In this document: piece after piece, positions 49,735 through 60,323 of the stretch
Layout of the letters: each line of letters opens with the position of its first letter
Position numbering within the stretch: the first letter of the stretch is position 1
NCBI GenBank assembly: GCA_010093605.1
Contig: MU004183.1
Location: 620,001 to 684,000, forward strand
Source of the DNA: Lophium mytilinum
Lineage: Eukaryota
Direction of reading: 5' to 3'
DNA: 64,000 nucleotides
Made by a program: the position numbers and the translations under genes
The notes under the pieces: model-generated
The model's database searches: none
Told to the model about the DNA's origin: nothing
Seen by the model: the letters and a program-made list of their open reading frames with translations, nothing else

Positions 49735-51419
49735 ATGACTGAGGTTTCGTCCACCCGACTCTACCTGGGAAATTTGCCTCGCAATGGTATGCTTGTCCCT
49801 ACCCCGGAAGGAAATGCCAGCCCCAAGAACGCGTGCTCTGGATGAGGACCTTCAAGGATCCAGGATCGCGCTGGCTCAAGTCCATGGAATTTGGCGTCGC
49901 TGACTCGCAAACCTGCACAGCCACCAAGGCCGAAGTTGAGGCTCACTTCCAAACCCATGGAACCGGCGAAATTACCGAGATCAAGCTGATGAATGGCTTC
50001 GGATTCATCGAGTACAAAGATGCTATGGACGCGCGCGATGTTGTTCCAGGTAAGCATCCATATCGAACCGCTATACTACGTTTCGAGATGTCAGAAGCTA
50101 ACATACTACTTCTATAGCCTTCCGTAAGCACAAACCGTGACCCCTCGATCCCTCATATGAACGCACGACCTAATATACACAGATGGCTCCGACTTCATGG
50201 GCGAGCGCCTGATCGTGCAGTTCGCGCGTGGCTCCCGTCGCACCGAGAACTTTGCCCACCAGGAACGTGCTGCTCCTCGTCCGCGTCGCACTCCGTACCG
50301 GATGCGAATCTCTCAGCTTCCGGTTGAGACCAGCTGGCAGGTCAGCACATCTTCCATATCCCCTGGTTGTTGGACGAACACATGCCCTTTTCCTTTGGAT
50401 TTTTGAATTGCGTTCTACCACTCCTTCCTGGCTGCTGGCCTCTCCACCTCTGTGTCTTTCTTAATGTTTACTGGCCACCCCCATGCTTCGTTTACCCCGG
50501 GATTTGGGACTGTATACCATTCTATGGATGCCGCTTGTCGGGAGGCCTTTGGATGCTCATTTGCTTTCTCTGCGTTCCATCTACACCCACATGGTTATAG
50601 GCGCCCGGACTCACACTGGACCTTATAGGATCTCAAAGATTTCGCCCGTCAGTCTGGCCTCGATGTTGTCTACTCTGAAGTAGGCCGTGATCGCGATGGC
50701 ACTGGGTAAGCTCTCACCTTTTTGACCGCTCAACCCGCTTGAAGATACTGAAACCTCTCAGGTTTGTCGAGTATGAGACCGCCGCGGATCTCAAGAATGC
50801 CGTGGAGAAGTTGGACAATCGTGAGTTCAAGGGTCAACAGGTCCGATGCATTCAGGATGTCAGCTCTCCGCCACCACAGCCACCGTTCAAGCCGCGACAG
50901 CCATATCCCCCGCAGGGAATGGACGACCGTGGTCCTCGAGACCGTTTCCGCTCCCGTTCGCCTCCCCCGGGCGGTCGCCGCGGATACCCCCCAGCTGGTG
51001 GCGACGACTACTACCATGACCGTCGTGGTGCCCCTCCTCGTGGCTACAGTCCCCGTCGCGACGACTACTACCATGACCGTCGTGGTGCCCCTCCTCGTGG
51101 CTACAGTCCCCGTCGCGACGACTACCGTCGCCGTTCGCCACCGCCGCGCGATTACTACGATTCTCGCGATCGTTATGCCCGTGCTTCGCCCCGTCCTCGC
51201 GGCCCAGTCGATGAGTATGGAGCTCCTCCCCGCCGTTATCCTGATGATGGTTATGATGCGCGAGGCGCCCCTCCTCGTCGCGGATATGAGGCTGATCCGT
51301 ACGTGAATGGTCATGCTAGACCGTACGATGGCCGTCCTCCCTCCCCGCGGGGTCGCCCGAGGAGCCCAGCCCGTGCTGGCTACGACGACAACTACGTTCC
51401 TCGTCCTCGCTATTGGTAA
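49735..51419 (+). CDS. SR-family splicing factor, two RRMs plus RS/RD tail (Srp2/SRSF4-5-6-like)
   Basis: RRM1 RLYLGNLP..GFGFIEY; RRM2 signature SWQ|DLKDFAR; GFVEYET; RSRSP and DDYY repeats; at least 6 exons including a 6-nt microexon. Confidence 0.9.
51001..51125 (+). repeat. Perfect 57-bp in-frame tandem duplication within SR tail
   Basis: gcgacgactactaccatgaccgtcgtggtgcccctcctcgtggctacagtccccgtc at 51001 and 51058, partial third at 51115; encodes DDYYHDRRGAPPRGYSPRR twice. Confidence 0.95.
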
Positions 51420-52685
51420 TTACTACCCTCTTCCCCTCGGCACTAAGCAGCGTATTCTGTGCGTGCAGTAAACATGGCTCACCGTCCTAGATCTACTCCG
51501 CTCGATCCTCGTCCTCTACGCCAATACCCAGCTTAGCTGCTCGATCCACATAATCCGATAAGACTCGAGAGACGATGGACAATGAGATGGAAACTGGTTT
51601 CTTTGGCGGGGTGGTATCGGTTGTTGGTCTCCTACTCTCTTCCTTCCCTTTTCTTTTCTCCTCTGTACGATATCGGCTTGGGATTGTTACGACTTGCTCG
51701 TCATGACCACACGGGGTTGGATCTGCTGATTTTTTGTCATCCGATTCTCCGTCTCGAGGGCTAACGATGGTTTCAATGTCTCATCTGGAGGGGAGAAGCT
51801 TTGCTGCATGTTTTTATGAGAGCCGGGATTTGGCACTTGTTGACTGATGAGTCGGTCTTGTGCAACAACGGATTCAATTGGCGGAATTGCTTTCCTTCAC
51901 TCAGTATGCGTGGTCGGCTCTCTGAAAACGAGAAAAGGGTGGTTACATGAAAATACAAAAGTCCTACTTTCGGAGTTTGGACGCTTCTTGTCATCTCTCC
52001 ACTAGTCCTATATTTGGTTTATTCCGTCTTGGTAACATTGAGCCCGGGGCTTTTCTCTGCCAACAGGTATATAATTGTCGTTGCAAAGCTTTGCGACTAC
52101 TCCGCACCTGAGAAGCTTCTATTTCCTCTAGTATTGTATTCGGGCTGTTCTCGCCTCTTCTTAATCTCCTCCATGTGCCAAACAGATTAGACGCGGTCTT
52201 TTTTCCATAGGTAATGTGTGGATCTATCCAATACACGGGGTTAAATCTTTAACCCCGAGGCGTGTCCAAAATGGTTAAGGAGAGGAAGCATCAATGCCTA
52301 CCTCAAGACGTAAGCCTCGCCCTAACGGTCAGTTGTTATGCCGTTCTAAAGGGGGATATTCGATAACAATCTGGGCTCGTTCAACTTTCGCCTGCAAAGC
52401 AACTCGATTATAGCGTTCTCAAAGCTGCAGCCTCGTTCGAGCCCCTTGCAACCGAGCAGAAGGATGCTGCAATTACACTTTACCGTCTTCCACTACCGCG
52501 GAAATATTCACAAAGTCCGTTTGTAATCTCCGTATCATAGCTATTTTGGGCTGTTGCGCTTCCTCAAATGAAACAGATATCTTTTCCTTCATGCTCAAGC
52601 ATTGCTCCAGTTGCAACTATCGAAGAGTCTCAATCTAGCACGATCGCCCAATCGTTTCAGCGTCCTTCATCCTACAACTTCAACA

Positions 52686-53717
52686 ATGCCTACCAACCGC
52701 TCCCTTTGGCAAGACAAGCCCGGCGAGCCCGGCATCATCCGCGAGAGCCCGTATCCCTCCAACCTCCAAGACAGCGAGCTCATCGTGAAAGTGCACGCCT
52801 GGGCCATGAACCCCTGTGACTCGATGCTCCAAGACCATTCTCTCCCCTTCATCACCTACCCCGTCATCCTCGGCGAAGACATCGCAGGCACCGTGTCCGC
52901 CGTCGGCCGCCTCGCCGCGCTCAAATTCAGCATCGGCGACCGCATCACGGGCATAGCGCTGGGCGCCGTCAGCAAGCGCCCCGCGCACAGCGGCTTCCAA
53001 GAGCACCTCATCCTCGACCACACCATGGCATGCAAGATCCCAGCCACCCTCTCCTTCGCCGCCGCCGCCGTCTTCCCGCTATGCATCACCACGACCGCGT
53101 TCGCGCTCTTCTCGCAAACCTACCTCGGTCTCCCGTTCCCAACAACCCGTCCAACGAGCACGGGAAAGTCGCTTCTGGTCTGGAGCGGCGCGTCCGCCGT
53201 CGGCAGCAACGCGATGCAGCTCGCGAGCGCCGCGGGCTTCGCCGTCGTCACCACCTGCTCGCCGCGCAACTTCGCCTACGTGCGCGGCCTCGGCGCGGTC
53301 GCGGCGTTCGACTACAACAGTCCCTCTGTGATCGAGGACGTCGTCGCGGAGCTGGATAAGGGCGTGTGCGCGGGCATCTACCATGCCGCGGGGGATACGC
53401 TGGCGACGACGTGCCAGGTGGCGCATCGGTCGCGCCAGACGCTGTTTGTGGCGTCGACGCATCCGGTCAAGGAGGGCGATGCGCCCGAGGGGGTGGAGGC
53501 GCGCATGACGTTTGGGACGGGCGGGGTGGGGATGTTTGCGGAAGTGGGCCCCGCGACGTTTGGCGGGTTTTTGGCCGAGGCGTTGGAGATGGGGGTGTAT
53601 AAGGTGGCGCCGCCGCCGGAGGTGGTGGGGACGAGGGGGTTGGAGGGGGTGCAGGTGGCGTTGGATGTGCTGAAGAAGGGGGTTAGTGCGAGGAAGGTTG
53701 TTGTTGTGGTTGAATGA
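52686..53717 (+). CDS. MDR-superfamily zinc-independent oxidoreductase (trans-enoyl reductase-like)
   Basis: VKVHAWAMNPCD, PVILGEDIAGTV, LLVWSGASAVGSNA.QLA, TTCSPRNF..VRGLGA...FDY, GVSARKVVV. Confidence 0.88.
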   Translation: MPTNRSLWQDKPGEPGIIRESPYPSNLQDSELIVKVHAWAMNPCDSMLQDHSLPFITYPVILGEDIAGTVSAVGRLAALKFSIGDRITGIALGAVSKRPAHSGFQEHLILDHTMACKIPATLSFAAAAVFPLCITTTAFALFSQTYLGLPFPTTRPTSTGKSLLVWSGASAVGSNAMQLASAAGFAVVTTCSPRNFAYVRGLGAVAAFDYNSPSVIEDVVAELDKGVCAGIYHAAGDTLATTCQVAHRSRQTLFVASTHPVKEGDAPEGVEARMTFGTGGVGMFAEVGPATFGGFLAEALEMGVYKVAPPPEVVGTRGLEGVQVALDVLKKGVSARKVVVVVE

Positions 53718-54120
53718 GGGATGGAGGGCGGCGGGGAGAAGTCTAAGGGAGGGCGGCTCGTGTGGGTTGTGGTTGGGCATGTAGGGTATATGAGCTACTT
53801 TTGCTAATAGGGTGTGTTGTATTCAAAGCGAATACTTATGGCTAGCGATTGTTATGCTATTAGAAGGGAGGTAAAAACGGGTCATGTGAAGATGAGTATC
53901 TTTTCAAAGACGTCAATACAGAAATTGGATGCTACTGTTGTTGCTGGTTAAAGTGTTGGTAGGAATCTTGCATCATGCAACTCACTAGGGTTAGAAACAC
54001 GTATAGAACGAACAATTCAACGCTTTGAGACATCTGGCGGAACACCATTGACAGTTGAAAGCCGCAGTTGGAGGTCAAAAGAGGCAGCCATGCGGCGCAG
54101 TCGGCTTGTTTGTAGTTCTT

Positions 54121-54204
54121 TGTTGACGTCGAGGGCATGGCCTGAAGTACTTTTGCAGTTCTATTGTTGATGTTGAGGGCATGGCCTGAAGTGCTTTTGC
54201 AGTC
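54121..54204. repeat. 44-bp-period direct tandem duplication
   Basis: tgttgacgtcgagggcatggcctgaagtacttttgcagt vs tgttgatgttgagggcatggcctgaagtgcttttgcagt. Confidence 0.85.
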
Positions 54205-54484
54205 TTGTGTGTGTATCTACTTATCTGCGGGTGATGAAAGTATTGCAGGATGTGTGTTGAATGCATAAATATCGTAGTGACGATTCTTGTCAATACGATC
54301 CACGGGCGAAGAGCAGGAAACAAGGGTTGGGAAGGGAAGAGGTCATGTGACCATATCAGAACTTCGTTCTCTAGTTACAAATAGGCCCCAGAAAGACGGA
54401 TAGACATCATTCAGCTTACTGCAACTGGCTCTGGAGTCCAAATCCTTTTCTTCTCCGTTACCTTGACCCAACATGCGATTCAAC

Positions 54485-56520
54485 CTACAACTTATTGGCA
54501 GTGTTGAAGTCGTCGAGCGCGATGACGATGCGCTTAGTCATGGTCTTCTCGCCCTCACGGACCCACACACGGGGGTCGTAGTACTTCTTGTTGGGCTTGT
54601 CTTCGCCGTCTGGGTTACCGACTTGAGTCTTGATGTATTCCTGCTTGTTGAGGACGTAGTCACTACAGCTATCGTTAGTACGCACATTGAGTGAAGTAGT
54701 GAGAAAGGAGTAGGTACCGGATGCCAGTGAGGTAAGCCCATTGGAGATCGGTGTCCAGGTTGACCTTGACAACACCGTATGCTTTCGGCATGTTAGCTAG
54801 CGGTTAGACATAATGCTTTGATCGGACTTACAGATTGCTTCCCTGAAGTCATCGACCGTGGAGCCACTGCCTCCGTGGAAGACCAGGAAGACTGGCTTCT
54901 CCTCCTTGGCACCAATCTTCTCCTTGACGTAAGCCTGGTGCTTCTTTAGCAGACCTGGCTGGAGCTTCACGTTTCCGGGCTTGTAGACACCGTGAACGTT
55001 TCCGAAACCGGCGGCGATGGAGAAGTATGGGCTCTGCAAAAATAAGTCACTGCAGTAGTCAAAGCGCTCGACTTGGACTTACGATTGGGGAGAGCGTCTT
55101 GTAGATCTCGTAGATATCCTCTGATGTGATCGTCAGCACACAGCCTGAGAAAGGGAAAGGAAGGTCAAGGCATACCGGGCTGGGTGTAGAGTGAGTTGTT
55201 GTCAACGTCCTCGTTGTTCACACCATCTTCCTCGCCACCAGTGATGCCGATCTCCATCTCTAACCACTGCTTCATCGGGGCTGCGCGCTTAAGGTATTCG
55301 GCCGTGGTTTTGATGTTCCAATCAACGGCTTCTTCGCTAAGATCGATCATGTGGCTGCTGAACAGGGGTTCGCCATGAGTCTTGAAGTAAGCCTCATCTG
55401 CGCTCAGCATACCATCGAGCCACTACAATACAGGGGTTTGTCAGTCCTGACTTGATTATGTTGGAGGAAGAGTATAGACCCACAGGAAGGAGCTTTTTCG
55501 CGCAGTGGTCAGTGTGGAGAATGACTGGGATGCCGTAGGCTGGCGCCACACTCCTGATCTGTTTGCATGTTAGATCGCATCTTTTATAATGAGGAATTAG
55601 CTGGGCCTTACGTAGTTGGCTCCGGCAACAGCTCCAGCGATGGAAGCTTCCTGGTCCTTGTTGGCGACGCCCTTGCCTGTCAAACTGTCGTATTAGCCTA
55701 GGTCCTTCTAGTATGCTTTACAAAAGCGCTTTGGTTCAGCGTGGATAGCATAGTTCCATCGCATACTGGTCGTCTGTTTCCATCCTCTCTTTTGTGCTCT
55801 TGCTTTTCATCTTTGTCTATATTGAACAGTACGATGCCTAGCCAAAGCTAGTACCGAAACCATCATTTCACTTCTAGAGACTGGATTTCACCACCATGAT
55901 CCCCGCATGCTTTCCCATGTATCCAACGATTGTATGTGTATAGTTCAGCAATGACGGATCAGATCGGGCTCTCGTGTAGTGTACGATGGAACTATGCCAA
56001 TCCAGGGGGAAACGGGTTCATTGGCGATAAGGGGGAGCTGGGGCAGAATCTTCACGGAAAAGTGGAGATGGTTGACTGAACGTACCGGCAAAGTAGGCAG
56101 CACCACCTGGAGGGAGTGTTAGCGGAGGCTCCGAAAGCTAGAATTGAGGAGTTGTGTTTGTGTACACACCTTGTGACATCTGCAGAATGATGGGAGCTTT
56201 GGCATCCCTCGCGGCCTCAAGGGCAGCAACTACGGTGGAGCTGGAGGTGACATTCTACGACGCTTAGCCATTAAACCCAGGTAGTCTTGGACTATATGCT
56301 TACGATGGCGGGAATGGCGACTACAAAGTGATTAGTACCTCGATCTTACTGGAATTGGCCCCGGCGAAAGCACTCACAGTTCTTCTCTTGCGCATAGTTG
56401 AAGAGCTTGATGGGACCTCATTAGTGACGTTTGGTGGGCGAGGCGGGGTAAATAGCACACCTTCAGGACGTCGTCGCCGACAATGACGCCGGACTTGCGG
56501 GAGAGGACAGCAGTGGCCAT
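54485..56520 (-). CDS. FBA1: Fructose-bisphosphate aldolase class II, 12 exons
   Basis: Exons reconstruct MATAVLSRKSGVIVGDDVLK|LFNYAQEKN|FAIPAI|NVTSSSTVVAALEAARD..|GGAAYFA|GKG..HTDHCAKKLLP|WLDG..FSSHMIDLSEE..GGEEDG..GNVHGVY..VFHGGSGS..YDPRVWVREGE. Confidence 0.96.
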
Positions 56521-57378
56521 GGTGAAGGTGAGGATTGACTGGGTTGGGTGTTAGCTGGAAGAATGCGGGTTCCGGCGCGGTATATGAAGATGATATCGCG
56601 GAGGGATTTAATAATTGTTGAGTGGGGTCTTCGGATGCCCCTCCAACAGAACGCGCGACACGGCGTGACAAGCTTATCTTGCTGCGGGCAGGGAGAAAAG
56701 CAAAGCCGCAAGATTTTTTCTCTCGCAGCGGCGTGACACTTACTTTTTAAGGGTGGTCGAGCGAATCAGGTAGGGTGGCAGGGCAATTGAGGGTTTTGGT
56801 AGCTTGGGCGTGGGGAATGAGGTTTATGTATGACTTGCGGGCCACAAGCACCAACTGAACTGCTGTGGCGGGGAACTCTGGCGTCTCGCTGGAAAAGCCG
56901 AGCTCACACGGCCAGGTGCTTCAACGTTCCGAGTGCTGTTGACCTCCGGATCTCTCCGTAGCAGCGAACACCCGCACTCCCATTGCCGGATGCCTGAGGC
57001 CGTGGAGCGAATATCGTCAGATGCTGGCCAATTGGCGTGCCCTGGAACAGCTAGACATTCCCCGAGCGTGCTTCAACTTGACAAAGGATCGTCACACGAG
57101 CTGCGGTGAAGCTCCATTTACCCGTACATGGTTGTTTACACTACAGACTATACTACACCACTCAAGACTATACAAGCCCCCGGGAAATGATCCGCGGCCG
57201 AGTGCTTCAAGCCCGGTCAAGTTTCCGAGCAGGCCCTGCGGTAGCCGACGCTCTATCCCGCCGAGGACTCCTGCCAACTGTGCTCAAGCATCAATCGGGC
57301 ATTTCTGTATGCAAGCCACTCTCCAGAGCAGCCACTCTCCAGAGCAGCCCCACTCCTCCACGATTCACGGCGAGGCTG

Positions 57379-58316
57379 TCATTTCTGGGGTAGAACGCAG
57401 ACGGACCGTAGGAGAGGCTGTTCCGCGCCCTTGACCTGGATCTCCACCTTGAACTTGCCTAGATGTTTGACGCGTGACGTCTCCCCGTCTACAAGACCTT
57501 CAACGAACCGAATCTCGTTCTCGGCGAGAGTGACCCGCGCAGCCTCATCGTTGTTCGCCAGCGATTGCCGTATGCTCGTAGCAACATCTGCCGTCGTCAC
57601 AGAACCGTATATTCCAACCATGCCTGATGCCTTCTTTTCTGCCTTCTCTGCAGCTGCAAGGATGTCTGCCGAGTCGGATGCGCCTAGGGAGGCATCCGAG
57701 GAGGAATTATCGTCTTCGATCGGTTGGCGAACGAAGTCAATGGTGGAGGGGGTAAATATTGTGATAAGTTCCATAGAGCGTTCGGGCTGTAAAGAGTCAG
57801 TTATGCGCAGACGAAATGGGCAACCGCATAGGGGAGTAGCATACGCTTAAGAGCTCAATCTCAACCGGCCTCACATAGTGCTGTGCCTCGAGCTCCACCT
57901 CTTCCTCTGTCTTCTCAACCTTGGGCTGCTCTATCCCGAACTCAAAGTCTCGCTCTATGGCGACTTTCTGGCGTTTCAACTCCTTCAATTGGTCCGGTAG
58001 TACGTAGGATGCCTTCCCCTGGGGAAACCAGTGATTGCGCATCATTGCGGGAGAAATGGGGATATACGTCCCTACCCTTGAAAGTCAGCGTTGAACGATA
58101 GAATACGATCAATTGCTTACCTCTCCGCCCATATCCCTTGACATTCTTAAGCAGCTTGACGACAGCAATATCAGCGGGCTTGACCAGCTTCTGCTTGCCG
58201 CGCACCTGCTGCTGGAGCGAGCCCCAGCCGTCAAGGCCAACTCTCGTAAAGCGTCGTGTACATGACGCACATTGGGGGAGCAGGGATGAGCGCGCAATTG
58301 AAGCCATTGGAGGCAT
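57379..58316 (-). CDS. Mitochondrial ribosomal protein bL9-like (3 exons)
   Basis: Presequence ending QQQVRGK; VKLLKNVKGYGRRG..MMRNHWFP..KASY (L9 N-domain); IYGSVTTADVA..VKHLGKFKVEI (L9 C-domain). Start at 58316 or 58307. Confidence 0.82.
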
Positions 58317-58443
58317 AGGGTGGTGGTGAGAACGAAGCGCGAAACAACTCGTGAGGTGAGCGCATCTGGTCAAGCTTGCGAAATATAAGTATACGGCAGA
58401 CTGCAAGGCAAGTGCCGAAACACATGCCCGAGTGACCGGGATA

Positions 58444-60094
58444 CAAAGGACTTCGTTTTTTTTAATCAATCAGCCGAGGATGGCGGGGCATGCCGCCCCC
58501 ACCCAAATTTGGCCTATGCACCCACTTCACAACATTACTAAAGTACATTTACTCGAATTAAGGCCCTAAACTCGTAATTTTTGTAGCTAGCTAGCTATTG
58601 TAAAAGCAGTTATTACCTTTATACTTAATAATCTACCGTACAACCTTAGGAATTTAATTAATCTATGTATTTACTTAATTAATAAAGATTTTCTACTATT
58701 TCTTAGTCTATTACTTATTACACTACTCTATAGTTTAAGAAATAGAATAGTCCTATATAATATAACGTTAAAGATAGGGCTAGGCATACTTAATAGCATT
58801 AATTTCTAGTAAATAGCCCGGCTAAAGGAGCTTTTTAATCTTATAGAAATTAAGAAATTCCGTATTAAATTAAGATTTATAGGCAGGAGCGCTATTCTTA
58901 AGAAGAAGGATATTAAGCTTACCTCTCTCTTTAAGTAAATTAATCTAAGGTTTAATAAGAGGCTTAAGAATTCCCTTTCTATGCCTCTATCTATTAACGC
59001 TACTATTTTCTCTTTTACCTCTTTTAAGATTCTGTGCCTTTCTATATACTTTCTTCCTACTATTTACCTCTAGTTCCCCTATTTCTTATAATACTCCTCT
59101 TGCTATTTAATATAGGCGCTTAGCTCTCTCTTAATTAAATACATTCTTCTTTTAAATCTTCTTTTTAGTATGCTTCTTTTCCTCTTCTATTTTAGAATAC
59201 TATACTTTATAAGGGCCTAGCTCTCTATAGATAAATGCACTATAGAATTATAGCTTAGTATACTTTTTCTTTCTAGGCTTCTTAATATCTAGATAATAGG
59301 CCTCTTCTTTTAATCTCTATAAGTAGAGGAATCCTCTTTAAATACTAACTTTAGCCGGCGTCTTATTAGTATATATAACTTGCTAGAAGTTAAAGCCCTT
59401 ATTATCTTTTATAGTATATTTATCGGGGTTATATATAAGAGCCTATTTATATCTACGCTTCTTTTATACCTTATTTAGCTCTAGTTTATAGCTATACTTT
59501 CTTCTAGTATACCCCCCTTTATACATGGCATTTTTAAGCATAGAAAGTAATACTTTCTTACCCTTTTTATCTAAAATAGAATTAAGATTACCCTCTTCTA
59601 TTAGCTAATATAACTACTTATTACGGTAAATATTATCTTAGGTAATAATCTATTAAATAGCGGCCTTCTTATCCTTATTAAGAGCAGGCTTTCTTTCTCT
59701 TTCTATATCTATTTTAAAGATATAGTCCTTCTAAAGATTACAGCCAGCTGCATTAGCATAGTCCTTATAGTAAGCAATTAGTAATAAAATACTAGATTAA
59801 TTTAACCCTAAGGTGTTAGTAATATAGTACTATAAGGCATTCCTAAGTATATAGGCACCCATAATAAATGCCCTTTAGATAGGCGTTAACTCCTTTTTAT
59901 TACTTTTTAGCTGGCGGGTCTTATGGACCTTATATTGGTATTACTTGCGGCGCGTTATGGGCATAATTGTAATAAAATTGGGTGTATTTTAGTGTGGTGG
60001 AGTAAATGTAAACACCGTTTATTAATGGTGTTTTCAGGGGCTCGGGTGCGGGGCCGAGCCTCGGCTGATTGATCAAAAAAAACGAAGTCCTTCG
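58444..60094 (-). mobile_element. RIP-inactivated Tc1/mariner-superfamily DNA transposon (1651 bp, 36-bp TIRs, TA TSD)
   Basis: TIR 58444-58479 matches reverse complement of 60059-60094 at 34/36; TA flanks at 58442-43 and 60095-96; interior is very AT/TpA-rich with no ORFs; stop-riddled transposase-like frame probably starts at minus-strand ATG 59964. Confidence 0.9.
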
Positions 60095-60323
60095 TACTTG
60101 GGTTAGAAAACACTCTTTACTACGTCCCTTTGGGCATCATTGCGAGGGGAAGGTGTCAGACAATGATGGCGGTCTGTCTTAATTCACGTATGACCTCACT
60201 TCCAAGCACATCCTCCATACACGCGCCGTGACCTCCAGCCCCGCTTCATATCTACAGTTGCACCTCTTCCTACTGTAGACTCCCGCATATCCGCGGTTTG
60301 AAGAGGGGGACACAAACACCGCT

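Noticed and set aside
52259..52330. tRNA-like D-arm (gtgtccaaaatggttaaggag)
   Set aside because: No anticodon stem, T-arm or acceptor stem at suitable spacing.
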